44,277 nt of DNA from a virus (lineage: Duplodnaviria > Caudoviricetes), in IMG/VR virus record IMGVR_UViG_3300043344_000001, positions 1-44,277 of that record; one strand, written 5' to 3'. Shown one piece after another: positions 1-7,737 of this stretch. A program made the position numbers and the translations under genes. Each line of letters begins with the position of its first letter. Position 1 is the stretch's first letter. Under the pieces are notes generated by a model. That model made no database searches, had not been told where the DNA came from, and saw only the letters and a list, made by a program, of their open reading frames with translations.

Positions 1-5
1 ATGCA

Positions 6-35
6 GGAGGGGGGTCATTTTCGCGAGACCCCTCC
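6..35. repeat. GC-rich inverted repeat at the left end, probable genome-terminus (cos-proximal) structure
   Basis: ggaggggggtc ... gacccctcc imperfect hairpin in non-coding DNA at the window edge, beyond the last gene. Confidence 0.45.
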
Positions 36-65
36 CCCCTACCTTCAAATCCCCTCACACTCTGA

Positions 66-314
66 CTAAGAAGACTCGGAACCTACTTCAACCTTTCGGT
101 AGATGCCGAGAACATTCTCAGTTACAATCTCATCAATCGCATCTTCAATCGCAAGACTCTGATCGGCTTCAGACAATTCATCTGAAGTCTTGACGATCCT
201 TGCCAGGAAGCTAGGTGTGTTGTAACCAGCAGCCCTATCAAACTGATACCACTCATCAAACTGAGTGAAAGGATTGAATGGGTTGTCCACTGTTGTTAGC
301 ATGTGTTCTGCCAT
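66..314 (-). CDS. Conserved acidic hypothetical protein (82 aa), directly downstream of the RNA polymerase-like gene
   Basis: ORF with SD GGAGGA immediately after the stop of 324..2993; MLTTVDNPFNPFTQFDEW N-terminus recalled from related actinophages. Confidence 0.8.
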   Translation of the reverse strand: MAEHMLTTVDNPFNPFTQFDEWYQFDRAAGYNTPSFLARIVKTSDELSEADQSLAIEDAIDEIVTENVLGIYRKVEVGSESS

Positions 315-323
315 GTGTCCTCC

Positions 324-2993
324 TTACTCAGCAAGGCTGGTCTTAAGAGTGGTCAGTGATACACCAAGAGCCTCAGCTACCTCAGCCTGGGTGTAGCCTG
401 AGTTAATCATGGCTGCTGCTCTTTGTTTCTTAGCAGTAGTCATGGTTAAGTGAACTTTTGGTGTTGCAAGCTGCTTGACTACGTCAAGATCTGAGTTGTT
501 CAGAATCTGACTTAGTTTGTTACTACTGATTGCACCTGCCTGGATGGCTGCCCACTCGGCACTTGTAATCTCTATGCGTTGTTTAGAGGCACCGGTTCTG
601 ATGCGGGCCTCGGTCAGTGCTAATCCTTTGATCTTCTTGAGTTCAGAAGCTTCCATTTCAGGGTTAGCTTGCCGCTTTTGGGAGACTATGGCGTTTGCTA
701 GGAGCTGGGCGTTTCTTTCTAGGGGTGCGTTTCTAAGGGCGAGGTTCAACTTGGCGTTGAGGGAGGCCACTTCATTTGAGTAGGCGGTCTTTGCAGAAGG
801 TGACCAGGCAGCATCCTTTGTGTTGACCTGTGCTTTCCTTGCTTCATTGGCCAGACTCTTCAGCTTGTTAGAGTGATCTGCATACACCTTCTCAATAGGG
901 GTACCTGAAGAGAGGGTGCTTGCGTCATTGGTCTCTGCTAGCTTAGTAGATCTGACTGTCTTGAACACAGTCCTACCTTTAGCATCAACAAAGTTTTCAC
1001 CTGTGTTGACAAAGACTTTCTTTCCTGTAGTGGGGTCAATCGCTCCACCTTCTCGAGCAGATCGGACCTTCCTATCAAGGACGTCTTGTCTAGAGGTGGC
1101 CTTTGAGATCAGGGTCGAAGCGCCGCCTTGCTTTCTACCCTGATACTTCTGCATCAACTGAGAGATGCCGTTATCAATGGCCGACTGTTTGTAGTTCAGG
1201 TTGTGCTTCTCTGCATCGATGACAACCATGGAGTGCCGAACTGCTCGAGCAAGCTCGGCTGAGTTAGCTCCTTGAATTGTCATGTCTGTAATCAGATTCG
1301 AAACCAACCCCATTTGAGTACCCTTAGTTCGAGCACTCATCTTAGGCATACCCTCATAGCCAGGATAGGAGGCCTTAGGATCGAACCCTTTCAGACCAGC
1401 CAAAGCAGGTGTTGTCTTGACATGACCCTTGTCGTTGGGGATAACAAGAACTGTGTCGCCGTCGAAGTCTGCTCCGGACAGACGTTCAGCTACCTTACTG
1501 TGAATACCTACTGCGTCCTTGGCATTGCCCAGGATCTTGCGCGCCTCAGGATGCCGGTTGTTTACCGTGAGTTCCGGGATCTCAAAGATGCCACCATGAG
1601 GATAGCGAACCAGCGCAACTCGTTCGCCATTCTTGTAATTAGGCGCATAGATCTCAGTGTCCTTCATGGTGTTGATCGGAAGGATGACATGAGACATCTG
1701 TCGAGGAAGTGCAGCTGCCTTCAAGTGCACAGCTGAGGAGTCAGCACTATCTGCAAATCCCTCAAGCAACTTCTTCTTGACCGTGGGGTTGGTCAAGGCC
1801 ATGATCTCGTCGAGCTCTGCCCGCTTACGTTCGAATGTCATGTTCAGCTGAGTCTTAGCTAGAGAAGGACTCTGCTTAGACAACATCTGAGAAGATAGAT
1901 TGCGAGACCAGGTGTCCCAGTTACCTTCCTCATTGACAACGTTCATCACTGAAGTCAGTTTAGTGAGGTTACCCTTTGCGTCCCGTTCACCCAACTGACG
2001 AACGACAGCACCGAATGGGCTATCAGGATCATCAGTCATCTTCTTCATGGCGTCGAGCTTGTTGCCTGTATTGCTCTTGTTCGTGTTAAACATGAGATCC
2101 ACCCCTGCAGGCAGATCATCCTTGTACATCGCCATGCCCTTGAGGTAGTGCGTACCATCAACAGCGATTCGCACCTGTGCATAGCGTCCGCCACCCAGAG
2201 AAAGATCTGCTTTTCCTGGTCGCACGTAGATGACGCCATCAGCATCTGCGCCACCTTGCTCAGCATACCGAACAGCGACACGCTTGGAGGCGATAGACAA
2301 AGGAGGCAGAATCCCGGACCACGAACGACCGCCATCGTCGGAGTAACCAGAGATCTGATGAATCTTATCTTTGTTGGAAGCGATGTCTCGGTACGTAGTT
2401 CCAGGAGGAGCTAGAACTTTGACCAACGTTTTGTTGTTGGTGCCCAGCTGATCTACCTGAATCGTGTGGACTTCGTACCCTTGTTCACGGAGAAGCGCGA
2501 CGGCCACAGCGAGCTTCGTACTGCTGATACCGATGTGGTGTTCCACACCAGTACCGATGTCAATGAAACCCTTTTTTGCCACCTGATCCTTGAGCATCGC
2601 CGACGTAGTTGCGAGAACGTCAGCTTTGTCTTTCTGACCCGGAGCAAGCAAAGCTCGAACCGAAGACTCGTTGATGCCCATGCGTTGACCAATGGCAAGG
2701 TTTGAATAGCCCTTGTCCTTGAGACGCTGAGCCATCGCAATGTCAGCCTGCTTCTGCTCAGTCTTAGCAATCGACTTAGCAGCCCGAAGCATCGTGGTTG
2801 TGAACGGATGTTCTGGAGTGCTGAAACCTTTGCAGATCTCGGCTTCACTCATTCCCTGCTTTCGAAGATTCTCGATAGTGTCAAGGAATGTGCGATTACG
2901 CTCGCTCTGAGTCTCACCTGAACCCCATGGGTAACGCCCAGACTTCCGGAGAATCCCATAGTGAGCAAGATACGCGGACTCATCAATGATCAC
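324..2993 (-). CDS. Putative single-subunit two-barrel RNA polymerase (QDE-1/RDR/YonO-like) with N- and C-terminal HTH domains
   Basis: Motifs in order: ADGVIYV, YAQVRI..YLKGMA, RYPH (1596-1607), LSGADFDGD (DFDGD at 1455-1469), MGLVSNLITD, HSMVVIDAEKH; HTH-like segments KGYSNLAIGQRMGINESSVRALL and SGYTQAEVAEALGVSLTTL. Confidence 0.75.
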   Translation of the reverse strand: MIIDESAYLAHYGILRKSGRYPWGSGETQSERNRTFLDTIENLRKQGMSEAEICKGFSTPEHPFTTTMLRAAKSIAKTEQKQADIAMAQRLKDKGYSNLAIGQRMGINESSVRALLAPGQKDKADVLATTSAMLKDQVAKKGFIDIGTGVEHHIGISSTKLAVAVALLREQGYEVHTIQVDQLGTNNKTLVKVLAPPGTTYRDIASNKDKIHQISGYSDDGGRSWSGILPPLSIASKRVAVRYAEQGGADADGVIYVRPGKADLSLGGGRYAQVRIAVDGTHYLKGMAMYKDDLPAGVDLMFNTNKSNTGNKLDAMKKMTDDPDSPFGAVVRQLGERDAKGNLTKLTSVMNVVNEEGNWDTWSRNLSSQMLSKQSPSLAKTQLNMTFERKRAELDEIMALTNPTVKKKLLEGFADSADSSAVHLKAAALPRQMSHVILPINTMKDTEIYAPNYKNGERVALVRYPHGGIFEIPELTVNNRHPEARKILGNAKDAVGIHSKVAERLSGADFDGDTVLVIPNDKGHVKTTPALAGLKGFDPKASYPGYEGMPKMSARTKGTQMGLVSNLITDMTIQGANSAELARAVRHSMVVIDAEKHNLNYKQSAIDNGISQLMQKYQGRKQGGASTLISKATSRQDVLDRKVRSAREGGAIDPTTGKKVFVNTGENFVDAKGRTVFKTVRSTKLAETNDASTLSSGTPIEKVYADHSNKLKSLANEARKAQVNTKDAAWSPSAKTAYSNEVASLNAKLNLALRNAPLERNAQLLANAIVSQKRQANPEMEASELKKIKGLALTEARIRTGASKQRIEITSAEWAAIQAGAISSNKLSQILNNSDLDVVKQLATPKVHLTMTTAKKQRAAAMINSGYTQAEVAEALGVSLTTLKTSLAE

Positions 2994-3553
2994 AGGGCCT
3001 CCATCCTTAGTGCGTTGATCCGCTTGTCGAGGGTGATGATCTTGTCCATGACGTGAAAGATCTCGTCCACCTCAGGGACAAGAACCTGAACCTTATCGCC
3101 TTGATAGATTCGAAGCTCCATCTCGATGTCCATGGGACGGAACCGATACTCGAGACAGAAGATCGCAGCATAGATCTTGAGCTGCTCCATCGAAGGCCGG
3201 CTGGTTCCAGTTTTGAGATCGTGGATCCTCAGCTTGTTTCGCTTGAACCCGCACGTGTCCGCGGTGCCGAAACAATTGTCCGAGTAGTACAAGATTTGTT
3301 CGGACGTCATGCGGTAGCCAATGGCGTCGTTGACGTAGAGATTGAGAGTCTTCTCAGCCTCAGGCAGCTTGACGCCGAGACGAATCAGCTGATGCGCCAG
3401 AGCATGGAGCTCAGTACCACGCTGCGCTGCGACACTAGCGAAGAAGACACGCTGCATCTTTTCTTCGTCGTAGTTCACCCAATGGTAGTTACTTGGGCTG
3501 AGCAGGGCGTGCTTGTTCGCTATCTGCTGAGGCGAATATTTGGTGAAGTCCAC
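2990..3553 (-). CDS. Cas4-like / PD-(D/E)XK exonuclease
   Basis: HALLSPS, RGTELH, E..L..S..FGTAD..IHDLKTG..QLKIYA motifs; GTG start at 3553 preferred, ORF open to 3571. Confidence 0.8.
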   Translation of the reverse strand: MDFTKYSPQQIANKHALLSPSNYHWVNYDEEKMQRVFFASVAAQRGTELHALAHQLIRLGVKLPEAEKTLNLYVNDAIGYRMTSEQILYYSDNCFGTADTCGFKRNKLRIHDLKTGTSRPSMEQLKIYAAIFCLEYRFRPMDIEMELRIYQGDKVQVLVPEVDEIFHVMDKIITLDKRINALRMEAL

Positions 3554-3815
3554 GAAAAACTTCTTCCTCATTTGAAGGGTAGATGAAGACCGCGAAAGAC
3601 ATCACATTGAGCAAGTTGACGTAGTACCGTTGGTTCGGCTGCTCTGATGCGTTTTTCGAGTTCTTCACTTCAAGCATTGCCCACTTGTCTCTGAGAAAGA
3701 TCGATAGATCCGGAACTCCCGGCATGTATCCCGAGTCGTTCTTCAAAATGAAGCAACCAGGGAACTCATGGCGAAGTCTCACGATCAAATGAGACTGATA
3801 AACGCTTTCTCTCAT
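3489..3815 (-). CDS. VRR-Nuc domain nuclease
   Basis: MRES.YQ, GVPDL, LEVK, QPNQ motifs of the VRR-Nuc PD-(D/E)XK family; SD GGAGGA. Confidence 0.85.
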   Translation of the reverse strand: MRESVYQSHLIVRLRHEFPGCFILKNDSGYMPGVPDLSIFLRDKWAMLEVKNSKNASEQPNQRYYVNLLNVMSFAVFIYPSNEEEVFRGLHQIFASADSEQARPAQPK

Positions 3816-3848
3816 CGATCCTCCTTCCTAAATTGAGAGGCGTATTCT

Positions 3849-3882
3849 ACTCCTTCTATTATAAGCTGCGATTATTGTACTA
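3849..3882 (-). promoter_or_regulatory. Probable promoter for the VRR-Nuc / Cas4-like / RNA polymerase operon
   Basis: Minus strand reads TAGTACAATAATCGCAGCT-TATAAT-AGAAGGAG: perfect -10 hexamer, divergent relative of the cassette promoter. Confidence 0.55.
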
Positions 3883-3889
3883 GATAATA

Positions 3890-4399
3890 TTACTTTTCAC
3901 GTAAGAACCTAAATGACCATCCTGTGGGTAGTGTGTACACATTTCGATTAAGAGCAGACAATACTATCTGAGTGTAAAGCAGCCCATACTTAACCGAAGG
4001 AATTCGAAGATGATCAAATGCCTCCTTAGTTTGAATGACTTCCAAAGGATCGTTGGCTAGACGAAAATTCAAGAAATCGAATTGCTGATGGTATTTGATA
4101 GCGAACCATCTGGGACGCCACATCAGATTCTCTGCGTGACAATTTGTTCGATTCCCATCAAGATGAATCGGTGTATTGAACACCTCAGCGTCGTACTGGT
4201 TCAGCACATGAGCTCTTGCTACCAGAAGCCCGACCGCTTTAGTATACCCACGACCGTTTCTAGAGATGGTCACCATAGAAACACCTTGTTGGTTCTGAGT
4301 TTGTTTTCTGAGGCAATCGGTTTTCAAGTTAACTACATCGCCATAGTTGCTAACCGCATAGTGAGGGAAATCTTCGATATTTTCCCAACGCTCTTGCAT
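3890..4399 (-). CDS. NUMOD4 / HNH homing-endonuclease-like protein
   Basis: ERWENIEDFPHYAVSNYGDV (NUMOD4) and HLDGNRTNCHAENLMW (HNH_3-like); ATG 4399 follows SD GAGGGG. Confidence 0.8.
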   Translation of the reverse strand: MQERWENIEDFPHYAVSNYGDVVNLKTDCLRKQTQNQQGVSMVTISRNGRGYTKAVGLLVARAHVLNQYDAEVFNTPIHLDGNRTNCHAENLMWRPRWFAIKYHQQFDFLNFRLANDPLEVIQTKEAFDHLRIPSVKYGLLYTQIVLSALNRNVYTLPTGWSFRFLREK

Positions 4400-4417
4400 T
4401 CGAACCCCTCGCCATGG

Positions 4418-4541
4418 ATCTGCCAAAAAGCCAAATCTGAAACGCAAAACTTTTTAAATCTCGATACTTAATATTAGGTACATAATATTAACTTTGATTA
4501 CTAGGGAAAGTTTTAGTCTAGGATTTGGCTTTTTGGCAGAT
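4418..4541. repeat. Nested inverted repeat around an AT-rich core; putative replication origin
   Basis: Perfect 20-bp IR atctgccaaaaagccaaatc (4418-4437) / gatttggctttttggcagat (4522-4541); inner aaaacttt/aaagtttt and ttaatatta/taatattaa arms. Confidence 0.7.
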
Positions 4542-4600
4542 TTAATGTCCGTTTTATCCTAGTTGATCCCAAACTATCCCACTTTGCCCCCGACTAGTAC

Positions 4601-5791
4601 CTATTTGCCCCGATTCGTCCTGAAATGGCCCTCGTTAAAGCTCCTTTTGTTCGCCAAGCATCTCGAGATGGCTTGATCGATCAACGAGTCCGATTTCAAA
4701 ACGTAGTAGTGAAGATCGGTGTACAACGTATTTAGCCGGTCGATTCGTCCGAAGGCTTGGTGCCAGTTCTTGTACGAATACGGCAAACTGTAGAACAAAG
4801 TGGTGTCAGTCTCGACACAGTTCCACCCTTCGGACCCAGCTTGATACTGCACAAGGTACAGCCACTTCTCACAAATTGGGATGGCCTGATGATAATGACC
4901 ATTCCATTCCGCAAGCGGGACAAGAGTCCCCAGGGATCGGAGCAATTCCAGCTCGTAGTCGAAGTTGTAGAAAACAATTATACGGTTGTGTTCCGCCATA
5001 AGAGTTTTCACAGCACGCAGCCTCGATGCATCCGAGTTCGCAACCTTCCGCATTACCGAGAACAATTCGGCCACATCTCGTAGTGGCCGGTCCTCGTACG
5101 GATTCCACCGGGTCTTCACCACCTTCTCGAAGAGTTCTTTGTCATAGTCCACCAACACGTCATGCACATGCCGCACCGTATGCGATTGGTAAGGCATCTC
5201 AACCAAGAGCTGGTTCCGCAGCCTTACAAGTCTTCCGACGTTGGTGTATCGGTCAACTTTGGGGAATTTGGAGTAGGTGTTGTAGACGACGTGCTCTCGC
5301 TTGAATTCTGTTCGGTTCTTGTAGAACCCATTCGCGACGAAGACTGGGATGTAGTCCAGCCAGGTGTCACCAGGGGTTGCACTGAGTAGTATCCATCGAT
5401 TACTCTGAGCAATCCGGATGAATACTGAACTCCACTCCCCGCTACCAACCAGCCGCTGCTCATCGAAGATGAAGAAGGCTCCTTTGACGTCTCGGTATCG
5501 TCCGATGTTGTTCCAGGAGTCGACGGTGAGAGCTCCGGCGAGGGTTGCGTTGAGATGTTTTCCGATTCCGAACTTGGCGAACTCTTTCTCCCAATCGAGA
5601 GAATCGCGTTTCTTAGCTGTTGTGATAACATAAACATCAGCGTCTGCTTCCTTCTTCATGTAGTACGCAGCTGCCGTAAGTGACTTACCTGTCCCCACAC
5701 CACCCCACAAGATCTTACCGTTGTCGAGATCTTCAACGGCTTGTTTCTGGTGGGGGTACAAATTGACTACCACGTTCCTCCTCTCAGGCAA
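4601..5791 (-). CDS. SF2 (SNF2/DEAD-like) DNA helicase
   Basis: LYPHQ Q-motif, GVGTGKS Walker [25 protein letters not shown]; true start may be a GTG slightly downstream. Confidence 0.9.
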   Translation of the reverse strand: MPERRNVVVNLYPHQKQAVEDLDNGKILWGGVGTGKSLTAAAYYMKKEADADVYVITTAKKRDSLDWEKEFAKFGIGKHLNATLAGALTVDSWNNIGRYRDVKGAFFIFDEQRLVGSGEWSSVFIRIAQSNRWILLSATPGDTWLDYIPVFVANGFYKNRTEFKREHVVYNTYSKFPKVDRYTNVGRLVRLRNQLLVEMPYQSHTVRHVHDVLVDYDKELFEKVVKTRWNPYEDRPLRDVAELFSVMRKVANSDASRLRAVKTLMAEHNRIIVFYNFDYELELLRSLGTLVPLAEWNGHYHQAIPICEKWLYLVQYQAGSEGWNCVETDTTLFYSLPYSYKNWHQAFGRIDRLNTLYTDLHYYVLKSDSLIDQAISRCLANKRSFNEGHFRTNRGK

Positions 5792-5820
5792 AAACAGAAC
5801 GCCTTGTTAGAGCGTTCTGT
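5790..5820 (-). terminator. Intrinsic terminator closing the 5827..6069 cassette
   Basis: 9-bp stem ACAGAACGC/GCGTTCTGT followed by a T tract on the minus strand. Confidence 0.7.
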
Positions 5821-5826
5821 CTCTTG

Positions 5827-6069
5827 TTAGTCGATCCGGAAGAAAGTGGTCTTTCCACCCTGATACTTGGGATAGATGTCGTACACCATAGCGAGCTCCG
5901 CGTAGGTCATCACGAAGTTCACCTGCATGCGGTTCGTGTCGTGGACGAAGTAGTACAAGTCGTTTTCGTACGGCTTGAAATCTTCGACCTGGAATCGATC
6001 TGCATCACCAGGGTAGGCTTCTTGAATCTGCGGGAGGTTCTCCTTGGTGTACTCGATTGCTCGTACCAT
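5827..6069 (-). CDS. Hypothetical protein (80 aa), cassette gene, distant paralog of 7738..8082 and 9362..9631
   Basis: ATG 6069 follows the cassette promoter and SD GAAAGGA; VRAIEYTKENL resembles VDVIQITDANL and VEAIQLTPETV. Confidence 0.75.
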   Translation of the reverse strand: MVRAIEYTKENLPQIQEAYPGDADRFQVEDFKPYENDLYYFVHDTNRMQVNFVMTYAELAMVYDIYPKYQGGKTTFFRID

Positions 6070-6072
6070 TGT

Positions 6073-6118
6073 GGGTCCTTTCGTAGGGGTCTCATTATAG
6101 GGCATGTTTCTTATGCGA
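6073..6118 (-). promoter_or_regulatory. Cassette promoter plus RBS, copy 1
   Basis: TCGCA-TAAGAA-AC-ATGCCC-TATAAT-GAGACCCCTACGAAAGGACCC. Confidence 0.85.
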
Positions 6119-6162
6119 GCAAAAACATAGGCGAAGTGGGAGCCCCGAAGGACCCCCACTCA

Positions 6163-6645
6163 TCACCGTGCGACCGTGAAGTCTGTCAACGCTCGCCAGG
6201 CCCCGTCGATCAGCAAAGTCTTCCGATTGGCCGGCCCGTCCGAGATGTACAGGAAGCCCAGCCTGGACCCAGGCCTCGAGGGCTTCAGCTCGACATGTAG
6301 AGTCACGTGGTGGTCGGAGTCGTAGCCGATCACATACTGAACCTTCCTGCTAGCTGAGGGCTCGTTGTGTTCTCCGTACTCACCCGTCGTGTTATCTCGA
6401 GCAGACGTTAGGAGCTCGATCGGCTCGAATCCCTCCTCGACGCACCCGTAGATGGTGACGTAGCGCTTTCCCCCGAGATTCGGCTTGTCCGGAGGGACCT
6501 CGCTGGGGTCACACTCCAAGGGCTTTCCAGCTGTGGTTTTGGCGGGGGCAGGAAAGGGGTCTTCCTTCGTCGGTCCCTCCGGTTCGCAGGCCAGTCCGGT
6601 CAAGAGGGCGAACACAGCCAACGCGATGATGATCCAGTTACGCAT
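6163..6645 (-). CDS. Lipoprotein
   Basis: Signal peptide MRNWIIIALAVFALLTGLA-C with lipobox, then a Pro-rich linker. Confidence 0.75.
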   Translation of the reverse strand: MRNWIIIALAVFALLTGLACEPEGPTKEDPFPAPAKTTAGKPLECDPSEVPPDKPNLGGKRYVTIYGCVEEGFEPIELLTSARDNTTGEYGEHNEPSASRKVQYVIGYDSDHHVTLHVELKPSRPGSRLGFLYISDGPANRKTLLIDGAWRALTDFTVAR

Positions 6646-6656
6646 CTAGAATCTCT

Positions 6657-6743
6657 CTAGGGGGTTTGACCATTGTTCGCCCAAGACCAGGCGATGATGA
6701 AGACGACCGCGACGATCGCAAGGAACCAACTGAGACCTCGCAT
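6657..6743 (-). CDS. Small membrane peptide (28 aa, MRGLSWFLAIVAVVFIIAWSWANNGQTP)
   Basis: Translated by hand; ATG overlaps upstream TGA (TGATG coupling); one hydrophobic helix; fills the intergenic gap. Confidence 0.65.
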   Translation of the reverse strand: MRGLSWFLAIVAVVFIIAWSWANNGQTP

Positions 6744-7321
6744 CAGTCGCGCTCTTGCAGCTTGTTTCGAAGGTAGGGCTCTCCGGGCGCACAGTTTCGG
6801 TTCCGACACAAATTGCCGTCGGGGCAGTATTCATCGTGCTTCGCCTGGATGTTTTCCGGATACTTCGCGTCGTACTCCAGCGTCTCGACCGCGGTGGCGT
6901 TCGGAGGGAAGTATTCCCGCATATCGGCCGTTTCAGACGGATCGAACTCCGGAAGGATCGGAACCGTCTCGAATCCCAGACCCTGCTCCGCCGGCGGCAT
7001 GGTGTGCTTCTTGACGAACCAGGCCATGTATCGAGGGACGTCCATCTTCCGCTTGCTGCCGTCGTCGTAGATCGCGATGAACGAGACCGCGTTGGGGAGG
7101 ACCTGCAGCTCCGAGACGAATGACCACCGGTTGTACTTCAGCGCGCCGTTCATCGCTCGAGCGTTCAGTGGCTTCATCATGTCCTCGCGGAAGTCGGGGG
7201 CCTCGATCAAGACCTCCATGCCGTTCCGCAACTTGGTGCCGTCGAACAAGAGGTCCTCGTTTTCGGCGTCCATCACGTAGTACTTGTCGACGAACAAGGA
7301 ATCCCAGGGCTCTTCGGACAT
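6743..7321 (-). CDS. Hypothetical protein with a C-terminal His/Cys cluster
   Basis: ATG 7321 with SD GGGAG (ORF open to GTG 7357); H..YC....C...C near the C-terminus. Confidence 0.75.
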   Translation of the reverse strand: MSEEPWDSLFVDKYYVMDAENEDLLFDGTKLRNGMEVLIEAPDFREDMMKPLNARAMNGALKYNRWSFVSELQVLPNAVSFIAIYDDGSKRKMDVPRYMAWFVKKHTMPPAEQGLGFETVPILPEFDPSETADMREYFPPNATAVETLEYDAKYPENIQAKHDEYCPDGNLCRNRNCAPGEPYLRNKLQERD

Positions 7322-7354
7322 TTGTTTCTCCCTACTCGATTTTAAGAGGTCCGA

Positions 7355-7407
7355 CACCTCTAGGAAAGAGCCAGAACATGCCGCTCTGACCCAAACCTAC
7401 AAACGTC
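7355..7407 (-). terminator. Hairpin element with conserved flanks, copy A
   Basis: GACGTTTGTAGGTTT-hairpin-TTTCCTAGAGGTG; flanks identical to 7682-7733. Confidence 0.65.
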
Positions 7408-7648
7408 AGACGTCGACGACGGGTGCGAGTTCCGCGACAGCCTTGTTGGCCCACATGGCCGAGGTCTCGAGCTCGGTGCGAGCCACCGCTTTCGCCCGTC
7501 CGTTCGGGAGTGCTTCCTGCAGGAACAGGTCCATCTCGACGAAGCGAGCACGAACCTCCTGGTGCAGGGGCATCGTCACGTCGGTACCCTTGTGGAAACC
7601 GAAGCGCTGACGACTCTCTTCGCGGTCGGGCATTTCTCCAAGACCCAT
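7406..7648 (-). CDS. Acb2/Tad1-hairpin-like small protein (candidate nucleotide-signal sponge)
   Basis: RFGFH...LPNGRAKAVARTELETSAMWANKAVA pattern; ATG 7648 with SD AAGGAGG. Confidence 0.55.
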   Translation of the reverse strand: MGLGEMPDREESRQRFGFHKGTDVTMPLHQEVRARFVEMDLFLQEALPNGRAKAVARTELETSAMWANKAVAELAPVVDV

Positions 7649-7681
7649 TGGTCCTCCTTGATAGATCGACAGAGGCCTTAT

Positions 7682-7733
7682 CACCTCTAGGAAAAGACAG
7701 GTCCCCGTAACCCTGTCTAAACCTACAAACGTC
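7682..7733 (-). terminator. Hairpin element with conserved flanks, copy B
   Basis: GACGTTTGTAGGTTT-AGACAGG..CCTGTCT-TTTCCTAGAGGTG. Confidence 0.65.
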
Positions 7734-7737
7734 GGAA

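Noticed and set aside
2990-3553. Cas4-like gene as evidence of a CRISPR system
   Set aside because: Stand-alone PD-(D/E)XK nucleases are common in phage recombination modules; no cas1/cas2 or array
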